Origin: Eledone cirrhosa
Taxonomy: Eukaryota
Length of the DNA stretch: 64,000 nt
Assembly: GCA_964016885.1 (NCBI GenBank)
Contig: OZ024753.1
Coordinates: forward strand, 17,422,001-17,486,000
Direction of reading: 5' to 3'
Below are positions 24,975 to 39,900 of the stretch, piece after piece (positions within the stretch are counted from its first letter, which is position 1; the number at the start of each line of letters is the position of its first letter). The notes under the pieces are model-generated. The model did no database searches. It saw only the letters and a list, made by a program, of their open reading frames with translations, and was not told the origin of the DNA. A program made the translations under genes and the position numbers.

Positions 24975-27900
24975 GGGTGGTGATGGTATTGTTGATGGTG
25001 GTGGTGGTGATGGTATTGTTGGTGATGGTATTGATGGTGGTGATGGTGGTGATGGTATTGTTGGTGATGGTATTGATGGTGGTGATGGTATTGTTGGTGG
25101 TGGTGATGGTATTGTTGGTGGTGGTGATGGTATTGTTGTTGGTGGTGGTGATGGTGTTGGTGGTGGTGATGGTATTGTTGTTGGTGGTGGTGATGGTGTT
25201 GTTGTTGGTGGTGATGGTATTGTTGGTGGTGATGGTATTGTTGGTGGTGGTGATGGTGTTGTTGTTGGTGGTGGTGATGGTGTTGTTGGTGGTGATGGTA
25301 TTGTTGTTGGTGGTGGTGATGGTATTGTTGGTGGTGGTGATGGTGTTGTTGTTGGTGGTGGTGATGGTGTTGTTGGTGGTGATGGTATTGTTGTTGTTGG
25401 TGGTGATGGTATTGTTGGTGGTGATGGTATTGTTGGTGGTGGTGATGGTATTGTTGTTGGTGGTGGTGATGGTGTTGTTGTTGGTGGTGATGGTATTGTT
25501 GGTGGTGGTGGTGGTATTGTTGTTGGTGGTGGTGATGGTGTTGTTGTTGGTGGTGATGGTATTGTTGGTGGTGGTGATGGTATTGTTGTTGGTGGTGGTG
25601 ATGGTGTTGTTGTTGGTGGTGATGGTATTGTTGGTGGTGGTGATGGTATTGTTGGTGGTGATGGTGTTGTTGTTGGTGGTGATGGTATTGTTGGTGGTGA
25701 TGGTATTGTTGGTGGTGATGGTATTGTTGGTGGTGGTGGTATTGTTGGTGGTGGTGATGGTATTGTTGGTGGTGGTGATGGTGTTGTTGTTGGTGGTGAT
25801 GGTATTGTTGTTGGTGGTGATGGTATTGTTGTTGGTGGTGATGGTGTTGTTGTTGGTGGTGATGGTGTTGTTGGTGGTGGTGATGGTGTTGTTGGTGGTG
25901 GTGATGGTGTTGTTGTTGGTGGTGATGGTATTGTTGGTGGTGGTGATGGTGTTGTTGGTGGTGGTGATGGTGTTGTTGTTGGTGGTGATGGTATTGTTGG
26001 TGGTGATGGTATTGTTGGTGGTGGTGGTATTGTTGGTGGTGGTGGTATTGTTGTTGGTGGTGGTATTGTTGTTGGTGGTGATGGTATTGTTGGTGGTGGT
26101 GGTATTGTTGGTGGTGGTGGTATTGTTGTTGGTGGTGGTATTGTTGTTGGTGGTGGTGGTATTGTTGGTGGTGGTGATGGTATTGTTGGTGGTGGTGATG
26201 GTGTTGTTGGTGGTGATGGTATTGTTGTTGGTGGTGGTATTGTTGTTGGTGGTGATGGTATTGTTGGTGGTGATGGTATTGTTGGTGGTGATGGTATTGT
26301 TGTTGGTGGTGATGGTATTGTTGGTGGTGGTGATGGTATTGTTGGTGGTGGTGATGGTGTTGTTGTTGGTGGTGATGGTATTGTTGTTGGTGGTGATGGT
26401 ATTGTTGGTGGTGATGGTATTGTTGGTGGTGGTGGTATTGTTGGTGGTGGTGATGGTATTGTTGGTGGTGGTGATGGTGTTGTTGTTGGTGGTGATGGTA
26501 TTGTTGTTGGTGGTGATGGTATTGTTGGTGGTGATGGTATTGTTGGTGGTGGTGATGGTGTTGTTGTTGGTGGTGATGGTATTGTTGGTGGTGGTGATGG
26601 TATTGTTGGTGGTGGTGATGGTGTTGTTGTTGGTGGTGATGGTATTGTTGTTGGTGGTGATGGTATTGTTGGTGGTGATGGTATTGTTGGTGGTGGTGGT
26701 ATTGTTGGTGGTGGTGATGGTATTGTTGGTGGTGGTGATGGTATTGTTGGTGGTGGTGATGGTATTGTTGGTGGTGATGGTATTGTTGGTGGTGGTGATG
26801 GTATTGTTGGTGGTGGTGGTATTGTTGTTGGTGGTGGTATTGTTGTTGGTGGTGATGGTATTGTTGGTGGTGGTGGTATTGTTGTTGGTGATGGTATTGT
26901 TGTTGGTGGTGATGGTATTGTTGGTGGTGATGGTATTGTTGGTGGTGATGGTATTGTTGGTGGTGGTGGTATTGTTGGTGGTGGTGATGGTATTGTTGGT
27001 GGTGGTGGTATTGTTGGTGGTGGTGATGGTATTGTTGGTGGTGGTGATGGTATTGTTGTTGTTGGTGGTGATGGTATTGTTGTTGTTGGTGGTGATGGTA
27101 TTGTTGTTGTTGGTGGTGATGGTATTGTTGGTGGTGATGGTATTGTTGTTGGTGGTGATGGTATTGTTGTTGGTGGTGGTGATGGTGTTGTTGTTGTTGG
27201 TGATGGTATTGTTGTTGGTGGTGGTGATGGTGTTGTTGTTGTTGGTGATGGTATTGTTGTTGGTGGTGGTGGTATTGTTGTTGGTGGTGGTGATGGTATT
27301 TTTGTTGGTGGTGATGGTATTGTTGTTGGTGGTGATGGTGTTGTTATTGGTGGTGATGGTATTGTTGGTGGTGATGGTGATGGTATTGTTGTTGGTGGTG
27401 ATGGTATTGTTGTTGGTGGTGGTGATGGTATTGTTGTTGGTGGTGATGGTATTGTTGTTGGTGGTGGTGATGGTATTTTTGTTGGTGGTGATGGTATTGT
27501 TGTTGGTGGTGATGGTGTTGTTATTGGTGGTGATGGTATTGTTGGTGGTGATGGTGATGGTATTGTTGTTGGTGGTGATGGTATTGTTGTTGGTGGTGGT
27601 GATGGTGTTGTTGTTGTTGGTGATGGTATTGTTGTTGGTGGTGATGGTATTGTTGTTGGTGGTGGTGATGGTATTTTTGTTGGTGGTGATGGTATTGTTG
27701 TTGGTGGTGATGGTGTTGTTATTGGTGGTGATGGTATTGTTGGTGGTGATGGTATTGTTGGTGGTGGTGGTATTGTTGGTGGTGATGGTATTGTTGGTGG
27801 TGGAGATGGTATTGTTGGTGGTGGTGGTGATGGTATTGTTGGTGGTGGAGATGGTATTGTTGGTGGTGATGATGGTGATGGTATTGTTGGTGGTGGTGAT

Positions 27901-30900
27901 GGTATTGTTGGTGGTGGTGATGGTATTGGTGGTGGTGGTGATGGTATTGTTGGTGGTGGTGATGGTATTGTTGGTGGTGGTGATGGTATTGTTAGTGGTG
28001 GTGGTGATGGTATTGTTGGTGTTGATGGTATTGTTGGTGGTGGTGGTGGTGATGGTATTGTTGGTGGTGATGGTATTGTTGGTGGTGGTGGTGATGGTAT
28101 TGTTGGTGGTGGTGATGGTATTGTTAGTGGTGGTGGTATTGTTGGTGGTGATGGTATTGTTGGTGGTGTTGATGGTATTGTTGGTGCTGGTGATGGTATT
28201 GTTAGTGGTGCTGATGGTATTGTTGGTGGTGATGGTATTGTTGGTGGTGGTGATGGTATTGTTGGTGGTGGTGGTATTGTTGGTGGTGATGGTATTGTTG
28301 GTGGTGGTGATGGTATTGTTGGTGGTGGTGATGGTATTGTTAGTGGTGGTGATGGTATTGTTGGCGGTGGTGGTGATGGTATTGTTGGTGGTGATGGTAT
28401 TGTTGGTGGTGGTAGTGGTATTGGTGGTGGACATGGTATTGTTAGTGGTGGTGATGGTATTGGAAGTGGTGATGGTATTGTTGGTGGAGATGGTATTGGT
28501 GATGGTATTGGTGGTGGTGGTGATGGTATTGTTGTTGTTGGTGGTGGTATTGGTGGTGGAGATGGTATTGTTGTTGGTGGTGATGGTATTGTTGTTGTTG
28601 GTGGTGATGGTATTGTTGGTGGTGATGCTATTGTTGTTGGTGGTGGTGATGGTATTGTTGTTGGTGATGGTATTGTTGGTGGTGGTGGTGATGGTATTGT
28701 TGGTGGTGATGCTATTGTTGTTGGTGATGGTGATGGTATTGTTGGTGGTGGTGGTGATGGTATTGTTGTTGTTGGTGGTGATGGTATTGTTGGTGGTGAT
28801 GCTATTGTTGTTGGTGGTGGTGATGGTATTGTTGTTGGTGATGGTGATGGTATTGTTGGTGGTGGTGGTGATGGTATTGTTGGTGGTAATGCTATTGTTG
28901 TTGGTGATGGTGATGGTATTGTTGGTGGTGGTGGTGATGGTATTGTTGTTGTTGGTGGTGATGGTATTGTTGGTGGTGATGCTATTGTTGTTGGTGGTGG
29001 TGATGGTATTGTTGTTGGTGATGGTGATGGTATTGTTGGTGGTGGTGGTGATGGTATTGTTGGTGGTGATGCTATTGTTGTTGGTGATGGTGATGGTATT
29101 GTTGGTGGTGGTGGTGATGGTATTGTTGTTGTTGGTGGTGATGGTATTGTTGGTGGTGATGCTATTGTTGTTGGTGGTGGTGATGGTATTGTTGGTGGTG
29201 GTGATGGTATTGTTGTTGGTGGTGGTGATGGTATTGTTGGTAGTGATGGTATTGTTGGTGGTGATGGTATTGTTGTTGGTGTTGGTGATGGTATTGTTGG
29301 TGGTGGTGGTGATGGTATTGTTGTTGGTGGTGGTGGTGGTGGTATTGTTGTTGTTGGTGGTGATGGTATTGTTGGTGGTGATGCTATTGTTGTTGGTGGT
29401 GGTGATGGTATTGTTGGTGGTGGTGGTGATGGTATTGTTGTTGTTGGTGTTGGTGATGGTATTGTTAGTGGTGGTGGTGATGGTATTGTTGTTGGTGGTG
29501 GTGGTGATGGTATTGTTGTTGTTGGTGGTGATGCTATTGTTGTTGGTGGTGGTGATGGTATTGTTGGTGGTGATGCTATTGTTGTTGGTGATGGTGATGG
29601 TATTGTTGGTGGTGGTGGTGATGGTATTGTTGTTGTTGGTGGTGATGGTATTGTTGGTGGTGATGCTATTGTTGTTGGTGGTGGTGATGGTATTGTTGGT
29701 GGTGGTGATGGTATTGTTGGTGGTGGTGATGGTATTGTTGTTGTTGGTGGTGATGGTATTGTTGGTGGTGATGCTATTGTTGTTGGTGGTGGTGATGGTA
29801 TTGTTGTTGGTGGTGATGGTATTGTTGGTGGTGATGCTATTGTTGTTGGTGGTGGTGATGGTATTGTTGTTGTTGGTGGTGATGGTATTGTTGTTGTTGG
29901 TGGTGATGCTATTGTTGTTGGTGGTGGTGATGGTATTGTTGGTGGTGGTGATGGTATTGTTGGTGGTGATGCTATTGTTGTTGGTGGTGGTGATGGTATT
30001 GTTGGTGGTGGTGATGGTATTGTTGGTGGTGATGCTATTGTTGTTGGTGGTGGTGATGGTATTGTTGTTGTTGGTGGTGATGGTATTGTTGTTGTTGGTG
30101 GTGATGCTATTGTTGTTGGTGGTGGTGATGGTATTGTTGGTGGTGGTGATGGTATTGTTGGTGGTGATGCTATTGTTGTTGGTGATGGTGATGGTATTGT
30201 TGGTGGTGATGCTATTGTTGTTGGTGATGGTGATGGTATTGTTGGTGGTGGTGGTGATGGTATTGTTGTTGTTGGTGGTGATGGTATTGTTGGTGGTGAT
30301 GCTATTGTTGTTGGTGGTGGTGATGGTATTGTTGTTGGTGGTGGTGGTATTGTTGGTGGTGATTGTATTGTTGTTGGTGGTGGTGGTATTGTTGGTGGTG
30401 GTGGTGATGGTATTGTTGTTGGTGGTGGTGATGGTATTGTTGGTGGTGGTATTGTTGGTGGTGGTGAGGGTATTGTTGGTGTTGATGGTGGTGGTGGTAT
30501 TGTTGGTGGTGGTGGTATTGTTGGTGGTGATTGTATTGTTGTTGGTGGTGGTGATGGTATTGTTGTTGGTGGTGGTGGTATTGTTGTTGGTGGTGGTGAT
30601 GGTATTGTTGGTGGTGGTGATGGTATTGTTGTTGGTGGTGGTGATATTATTGTTGGTGGTGGTGATGGTATTGTTGGTGGTGGTGATGTTGGTGGTGGTG
30701 AGGGTATTGTTGTTGGTGGTGGTGATGGTATTGTTGGTGGTGGTGATGGTATTGTTGATGGTGGTGATGTTGGTGGTGGTGAGGGTATTGTTGTTGGTGG
30801 TGGTGATGGTATTGTTGGTGGTGGTGATGGTATTGTTGGTGGTGGTGATGTTGGTGGTGGTGAGGGTATTGTTGTTGGTGGTGGTGATGGTATTGTTGGT

Positions 30901-33900
30901 GGTGGTGATGGTATTGTTGGTGGTGATGGTATTGTTGGTGGTGGTGGTGATGGTATTGTTGGTGGTGGTGATGGTATTGTTAGTGGTGATGGTATTGTTG
31001 GTGGTGATGGTATTGTTGGTGGTGGTGATGTTGGTGGTGGTGAGGGTATTGTTGTTGGTGGTGGTGATGGTATTGTTAGTGGTGGTGATGGTATTGTTGG
31101 TGGTGATGGTATTGTTGTTGGTGGCGATGGTATTTTTGTTGGTGGTGGTGGTATGGTTGTTGGTGGCGATGGTATTGTTGTTGGTGGTGATGGTATTGTT
31201 GGTGGTGGTGGTGATGGTATTGTTGTTGGTGGTGGTGGTATTGGTGGTGGAGATGGTATTGTTGTTGTTGGAGGTGGTGATTGTATTGTTGTTGGTGTTG
31301 GTGGAGATGGTATTGTTGTTGGTGGTGGAGATGGTATTGTTGGTGGTGGTGGTGATGGTATTGGTGGTGGTGCTGGTGGTGATGGTATTGTTGTTGGTGG
31401 TGGTATTGTTGGTGGTGGTGGTATTGTTGGTGGTGATTGTATTGTTGTTGGTGTTGGTGGAGATGGTATTGTTGGTGGTGGTGGTGATGGTATTTTTGTT
31501 GGTGATGGTATTGTTGTTGGTGATGGTAAGGTTGTTGGTGGTGGTGATGGTATTTTTGTTGGTGGTGCTGATGGTATTATTGTTGGTGGTGGTGATGGTA
31601 TTGTTGGTGGTGATGGTATTGTTGGTGGTGATGGTATTGGTGGTGGACATGGTATTGTTAGTGGTGGAGGTGGTGATGGTATTGTTGGTGGTGGTGGTGA
31701 TGGTACTGTTGGTGGTGGTGGTGGTGATGGTATTGTTGGTGGTGGTGATGGTATTGTTAGTGGTGGAGGTGGTGATGGTATTGTTGGTGGTGATGGTATT
31801 GTTGGTGGGGGTGGTGGTGATGGTATTGTTGGTGGTGGTGATGGTATTGTTAGTGGTGGTGGTATTGTTGGTGGTGATGGTATTGTTGGTGGGGGTGGTG
31901 GTGATGGTATTGTTGGTGGTGGTGATGGTATTGTTGGTGGTGGTGGTATTGTTGGTGGTGATGGTATTGTTGGTGGTGGTGATGGTATTGTTAGTGGTGG
32001 TGGTGATGGTATTGTTGGTGTTGATGGTATTGTTGGTGGTGGTGGTGGTGATGGTATTGTTGGTGGTGATGGTATTGTTGGTGGTGGTGGTGATGGTATT
32101 GTTGGTGGTGGTGATGGTATTGTTAGTGGTGGTGGTATTGTTGGTGGTGATGGTATTGTTAGTGGTGCTGATGGTATTGTTGGTGGTGGTGGTGATGGTA
32201 TTGTTGGTGGTGGTGGTATTGTTGGTGGTGATGGTATTGTTGGTGGTGGTGGTGATGGTATTGTTGGTGGCGACGGTATTGTGTTAGGTGGTTGTGATGG
32301 TATTGTTGTTGTTGGTGGTGATGGTATTTCTGGTGGTGATGGTATTGCTGGTGGTGGTGATGGTATTGTTGTTGTTGTTGGTGGTGGTGGTATTGTTGGT
32401 GGTGATTGTATTGTTGTTGGTGGTGGTGATGGTATTGTTGGTGGTGGTGGTGATGGTATTGTTGTTGGTGGTGGTGATGGTATTGTTGTTGGTGGTGGTG
32501 ATGGTATTGTTGTTGGTGGTGGTGATGGTGATGGTATTGTTGTAGTGGTATTGGTGGTGGACATGGTATTGTTAGTGGTGGTGATGGTATTGGAAGTGGT
32601 GGTAGTATTTTTGTTGGTGATGGTATTGTTGTTGGTGGTGGTGATGGTATTGTTGTTGGTGGTGGTGATGGTATTGTTGGTATTGATGGTATTGTTGATG
32701 GTGTTGGTGATGGTATTGTTGTTGTTGGTGGTGGTATTGTTGTTGGTGTTGGTGATGGTATTGTTGTTGTTGGTGGTGGTATTGTTTTTGGTGGTGGTGG
32801 TATTGTTGTTGGTGGTGGTATTGTTGTTGGTGGTGATGATGGTATTGTTGTTGTTGATGGTGATGGTATTGTTGTTGGTGGTGGTGGTATGGTTGTTGGT
32901 GGTGATGGTATTGTTGTTGTTGGTGGTGGTATTGTTTTTGGTGGCGCTGGTATTGTTGTTGGTGGTGGTATTGTTGTTGGTGGTGATGATGGTATTGTTG
33001 TTGTTGATGGTGATGGTATTGTTGTTGGTGGTGGTGGTATGGTTGTTGGTGGCGATGGTATTGTTGTTGTTGGAGGAGGTGATGGTATTGGTGATGGTAT
33101 TGTTGTTGGTGGTGGTGTTGATGGTATTGTTGGTGGTGGTGGTGATGGTATTGTTGTTTGTGGTGGTGCTGGTATTGGTTGTGGCGATGGTATTATTGGT
33201 GGTGGTGGTGATGGTATTGTTGGTAGTGGTGGTGATGGTATTGTTGGTGGTGCTGGTGATGCTATTGTTGGTGGTGGTGGTGATGGTATTGTTGGTGGTG
33301 GTGGAGATGGTATTGTTGGTGGTGGTGGTGATGGTATTTTTGTTGGTGGTGGTGATGGTATAGTTGGTGGTGGTGGTGATGGTATTGTTGGTGGTGATGG
33401 TATTGTTGGTGGTGGTGGTGATGGTATTGTTGGTGGTGGTGGTATTGTTGGTGGTGGTGGTGATGGTATTGTTGGTGGTGGTGGAGATGGTATTGTTGGT
33501 GGTGGTGGTGATGGTATTTTTGTTGGTGGTGGTGATGGTATAGTTGGTGGTGGTGATGGTATTGTTGGTGGTGATGGTAGTGTTGGTGGTGGTGGTGATG
33601 GTATTGTTGGTGGTGATGGTAGTGTTGGTGGTGGTGGTGATGGTATTGTTGGTGGTGATGGTATTGTTGTTGGTGGTGGTGATGGTATTGGTGGTGGTGA
33701 TGGTAGTGTTGGTGGTGGTGGTGATGGTATTGTTGGTGGTGATGGTATTGTTGTTGGTGGTGGTGATGGTATTGGTGGTGGTGATGGTAGTGTTGGTGGT
33801 GGTGGTGATGGTATTGGTGGTGGTGATGGTATTGTTGTTGGTGGTGGTGATGGTATTGGTGGTGGTGATGGTAGTGTTGGTGGTGGTGGTGATGGTATTG

Positions 33901-36900
33901 TTGGTGGTGATGGTATTGTTGTTGGTGGTGGTGATGGTATTGTTGTTGGTGGTGGTGGTGATGGTATTTCTGGTGGTGATGGTATTGTTGGTAGTGATGG
34001 TATTGGTGGTGGTGGTGGTGATGGTATTGTTGGTGGTGATGGTATTGTTGGTGGTGGTGGTGATGGTATTGGTGGTGGTGATGGTAGTGTTGGTGGTGGT
34101 GGTGATGGTATTGTTGGTGGTGGTGATGGTATTGTTAGTGGTGGTGGTGATGGTATTGTTGGTGGTGATGGTATTGTTGGTGGTGATGGTATTGTTGGTG
34201 GTGGTGATGTTGGTGGTGGTGAGGGTATTGTTGTTGGTGGTGGTGATGGTATTGTTAGTGGTGGTGATGGTATTGTTGGTGGTGATGGTATTGTTGTTGG
34301 TGGCGATGGTATTGTTGTTGGTGGTGGTGGTATGGTTGTTGGTGGCGATGGTATTGTTGTTGGTGGTGATGGTATTGTTGGTGGTGGTGGTGATGGTATT
34401 GTTGTTGGTGGTGGTGGTATTGGTGGTGGAGATGGTATTGTTGTTGTTGGAGGTGGTGATGGTATTGGTGATGGTGATGGTGATGGTATTGTTGTTGGTG
34501 GTGGAGATGGTATTGTTGGTGGTGGTGGTGATGGTATTGGTGGTGGTGCTGGTGGTGATGGTATTGTTGTTGGTGGTGGTATTGTTGGTGGTGGTGGTAT
34601 TGTTGGTGGTGATTGTATTGTTGTTGGTGTTGGTGGAGATGGTATTGTTGGTGGTGGTGGTGATGGTATTTTTGTTGGTGATGGTATTGTTGTTGGTGAT
34701 GGTAAGGTTGTTGGTGGTGGTGATGGTATTTTTGTTGGTGGTGCTGATGGTATTATTGTTGGTGGTGGTGATGGTATTGTTGGTGGTGATGGTATTGTTG
34801 GTGGTGATGGTATTGGTGGTGGACATGGTATTGTTAGTGGTGGAGGTGGTGATGGTATTGTTGGTGGTGGTGGTGATGGTACTGTTGGTGGTGGTGGTGG
34901 TGATGGTATTGTTGGTGGTGGTGATGGTATTGTTAGTGGTGGAGGTGGTGATGGTATTGTTGGTGGTGATGGTATTGTTGGTGGGGGTGGTGGTGATGGT
35001 ATTGTTGGTGGTGGTGATGGTATTGTTAGTGGTGGTGGTATTGTTGGTGGTGATGGTATTGTTGGTGGGGGTGGTGGTGATGGTATTGTTGGTGGTGGTG
35101 ATGGTATTGTTGGTGGTGGTGGCATTGTTGGTGGTGATGGTATTGTTGGTGGTGGTGATGGTATTGTTAGTGGTGGTGGTGATGGTATTGTTGGTGTTGA
35201 TGGTATTGTTGGTGGTGGTGATGGTATTGTTGGTGGTGATGGTATTGTTGGTGGTGGTGGTGATGGTATTGTTGGTGGTGGTGATGGTATTGTTAGTGGT
35301 GGTGGTATTGTTGGTGGTGATGGTATTGTTAGTGGTGCTGATGGTATTGTTGGTGGTGGTGGTGATGGTATTGTTGGTGGTGGTGGTATTGTTGGTGGTG
35401 ATGGTATTGTTGGTGGTGGTGGTGATGGTATTGTTGGTGGCGACGGTATTGTGTTAGGTGGTTGTGATGGTATTGTTGTTGTTGGTGGTGATGGTATTTC
35501 TGGTGGTGATGGTATTGCTGGTGGTGGTGATGGTATTGTTGTTGTTGTTGGTGGTGGTGGTATTGTTGGTGGTGATTGTATTGTTGTTGGTGGTGGTGGT
35601 ATTGTTGGTGGTGAATGTATTGTTGTTGGTGGTGGTGATGGTATTGTTGGTGGTGGTGGTGATGGTATTGTTGTTGGTGGTGGTGATGGTATTGTTGTTG
35701 GTGGTGGTGATGGTATTGTTGTTGGTGGTGGTGATGGTGATGGTATTGTTGTAGTGGTATTGGTGGTGGACATGGTATTGTTAGTGGTGGTGATGGTATT
35801 GGAAGTGGTGGTAGTATTTTTGTTGGTGATGGTATTGTTGTTGGTGGTGGTGATGGTATTGTTGTTGGTGGTGGTGATGGTATTGTTGTTGGTGGTGGTG
35901 ATGGTATTGTTGGTATTGATGGTATTGTTGATGGTGTTGGTGATGGTATTGTTGTTGTTGGTGGTGGTATTGTTGTTGGTGTTGGTGATGGTATTGTTGT
36001 TGTTGGTGGTGGTATTGTTTTTGGTGGTGGTGATGGTATTGTTGTTGTTGGTGGTGGTATTGTTGTTGGTGTTGGTGATGGTATTGTTGTTGTTGGTGGT
36101 GGTATTGTTGTTGGTGGTGATGATGGTATTGTTGTTGTTGATGGTGATGGTATTGTTGTTGGTGGTGGTGGTATGGTTGTTGGTGGTGATGGTATTGTTG
36201 TTGTTGGTGGTGGTATTGTTTTTGGTGGCGCTGGTATTGTTGTTGGTGGTGGTATTGTTGTTGGTGGTGATGATGGTATTGTTGTTGTTGATGGTGATGG
36301 TATTGTTGTTGGTGGTGGTGGTATGGTTGTTGGTGGCGATGGTATTGTTGTTGTTGGAGGAGGTGATGGTATTGGTGATGGTATTGTTGTTGGTGGTGGT
36401 GTTGATGGTATTGTTGGTGGTGGTGGTGATGGTATTGTTGTTTGTGGTGGTGCTGGTATTGGTTGTGGCGATGGTATTATTGGTGGTGGTGGTGATGGTA
36501 TTGTTGGTAGTGGTGGTGATGGTATTGTTGGTGGTGCTGGTGATGCTATTGTTGGTGGTGGTGGTGATGGTATTGTTGGTGGTGGTGGAGATGGTATTGT
36601 TGGTGGTGGTGGTGATGGTATTTTTGTTGGTGGTGGTGATGGTATAGTTGGTGGTGGTGGTGATGGTATTGTTGGTGGTGATGGTATTGTTGGTGGTGGT
36701 GGTGATGGTATTGTTGGTGGTGGTGGTATTGTTGGTGGTGGTGGTGATGGTATTGTTGGTGGTGGTGGAGATGGTATTGTTGGTGGTGGTGGTGATGGTA
36801 TTTTTGTTGGTGGTGGTGATGGTATAGTTGGTGGTGGTGATGGTATTGTTGGTGGTGATGGTAGTGTTGGTGGTGGTGGTGATGGTATTGTTGGTGGTGA

Positions 36901-39900
36901 TGGTATTGTTGTTGGTGGTGGTGATGGTATTGGTGGTGGTGATGGTAGTGTTGGTGGTGGTGGTGATGGTATTGTTGGTGGTGATGGTATTGTTGTTGGT
37001 GGTGGTGATGGTATTGGTGGTGGTGATGGTAGTGTTGGTGGTGGTGGTGATGGTATTGGTGGTGGTGATGGTATTGTTGTTGGTGGTGGTGATGGTATTG
37101 GTGGTGGTGATGGTAGTGTTGGTGGTGGTGGTGATGGTATTGTTGGTGGTGATGGTATTGTTGTTGGTGGTGGTGATGGTATTGTTGTTGGTGGTGGTGG
37201 TGATGGTATTTCTGGTGGTGATGGTATTGTTGGTAGTGATGGTATTGGTGGTGGTGGTGGTGATGGTATTGTTGGTGGTGATGGTATTGTTGGTGGTGGT
37301 GATGGTATTGTTGGTGGTGATGGTATTGTTGGTGGTGGTGGTGATGGTATTGGTGGTGGTGATGGTAGTGTTGGTGGTGGTGGTGATGGTATTGTTGGTG
37401 GTGGTGATGGTATTGTTAGTGGTGGTGGTGATGGTATTGTTGGTGGTGATGGTATTGTTGGTGGTGATGGTATTGGTGGTGGACATGGTATTGTTAGTGG
37501 TGGAGGTGGTGATGGTATTGTTGGTGGTGGTGATAGTATTGTTAGTGGTGGTGGTGATGTTATTGTTGGTGGTGGTGGTATTGTTGGTGGTGATGGTATT
37601 GTTGGTGGGGGTGGTAGTGATGGTATTGTTGGTGGTGGTGATGGTATTGTTAGTGGTGGTGGTGATGGTATTGTTGGTGGTGGTGGTATTGTTGGTGGTG
37701 ATGGTATTGTTGTTGGTGGTGGTGGTGATGGTATTGTTGGTGGTGGTGATGGTGTTGGTGGTGGTGGTATTGTTGGTGGTGATGGTATCGTTGGTGGTGA
37801 TGGTATTGTTGGTGGTGGTGATGGTATTGTTAGTGGTGGTGGTGATGGTATTGTTGGTGTTGATGGTATTGTTGGTGGTGGTGGTGGTGATGGTATTGTT
37901 GGTGGTGTTGATGGTATTGTTGGTGCTGGTGATGGTATTGTTAGTGGTGGTGATGGTATTGTTGGTGGTGATGGTATTGTTGGTGGTGGTGATGGTATTG
38001 TTGGTGGTGGTGGTATTGTTGGTGGTGATGGTATTGTTGGTGGTGGTGATGGTATTGTTAGTGGTGGTGATGGTATTGTTGGCGGTGGTGGTATTGTTGG
38101 TGGTGATGGTATTGTTGGTGGTGATGATATTGTTGGTGGTAGTGGTGATGGTATTGTTGGTGGTGGTAGTGGTATTGGTGGTGGACATGGTATTGTTAGT
38201 GGTGGTGATGGTATTGGAAGTGGTGGTGGTATTGTTGGTGGAGATGCTATTGTTGGTGGTGGTGGTGAATGTATTGTTGGTGGTGATGGTATTGGTGATG
38301 GTATTGTTGTTGGTGATGGTATTGGTGGTGGTGATGGTATTGTTGGTGGTGATGGTATTGGTGATGGTATTGTTGGTGGTATTGGTGATGGTATTGTTGT
38401 TGGTGGTGATGGTATTGTTGTTGTTGGTGGTGGTATTGGTGGTGGTGGTGGTGATGGTATTGTTGTTGATGGTGATGGTATTGTTGTTGGTGGTGGTGAT
38501 GATATTGTTGTTGGTGATGGTATTGTTGTTGATGGTGATGGTATTGTTGTTGGTGGTGGTGATGATATTGTTGTCGGTGATGGTATTGTTAGGGGTGGTG
38601 GTATTGTTGTTGGTGATGGTATTGTTGTTGGTGATGGTATTGTTGTTGGTGATGGTATTGTTGTTGGTGGTGGTGATGGTATTGTTGTTGGTGTTGGTGA
38701 TGCTATTGTTGTTGGTAGTGGTGATGGTATTGTTGTTGGTGGTGGTGATGGTATTGTTGTTGGTGGTGATGGTATTGTTGTTGGTGATGGTATTGTTGTT
38801 GGTGGTGGTGATGGTATTGTTGTTGGTGATGATGCTATTGTTGTTGGTGATGGTATTGTTGGTGGTGATGGTATTGTTGTTGGTGTTGGTGATGCTATTG
38901 TTGTTGGTAGTGGTGATGGTATTGTTGTTGGTGGTGGTGATGGTATTGTTGTTGGTGGTGATGGTATTGTTGTTGGTGATGGTATTGTTGTTGGTGTTGG
39001 TGATGCTATTGTTGTTGGTGGTGGTGATGGTATTGTTGTTGGTGGTGGTGATGGTATTGTTGTTGGTGGTGGTGATGGTATTGTTGGTGGTGGTGATGGT
39101 ATTGTTGTTGGTGGTGGTGGTATTGTTGTTGGTGGTGATGGTATTGTTGGTGGTGGTGATGGTATTGTTGGTGGTGGTGGTATTGGTGATGGTATTGTTG
39201 TTGGCGCTGATGGTATTGTTGTTGGCGATGATGGTATTGTTGTTGTTGGTGGTGATGGTATTGTTGGTGGTGGTGGTGATGTTATTGTTGGTGGTGGTGG
39301 TGATGTTATTGTTGGTGGCGACGGTATTGTGTTAGGTGGTTGTGATGGTATTGTTGTTGTTGGTGGTGATGGTATTGCTGGTGGTGATGGTATTGGTGGT
39401 GGTGGTGATGGTATTGTTGTTGTTGTTGGTGGTGGTGGTATTGTTGGTGGTGATTGTATTGTTGTTGGTGGTGGTGGTATTGTTGGTGGTGATTGTATTG
39501 TTGTTGGTGGTGGTGGTATTGTTGGTGGTGATTGTATTGTTGTTGGTGGTGGTGATGGTATTGTTGGTGGTGGTGGTGATGGTATTGTTGGTGGTGATGG
39601 TATTGTTGTTGGTGGTGGTGATGGTATTGTTGTTGGTGGTAGTGATGGTATTGTTGTTGGTGGTGGTGATGGTATTGTTGGTGGTGATGGTAGTGTTGTT
39701 GGTGGTGGTGATGGTATTGTTGTTGGTGGTGGTGATGGTATTGTTGGTGCTGGTGGTGATGGTATTTTTGTTGCTGGTGCTGATGGTATTGTTGGTGGTG
39801 GTGGTGATGGTATTGTTGGTGGTGGTGGTGATGGTATTGTTGGTGGTGGTGGTGATGGTATTGTTGTTGGTGGTGGTGATGGTATTGTTGTTGGTGGTAA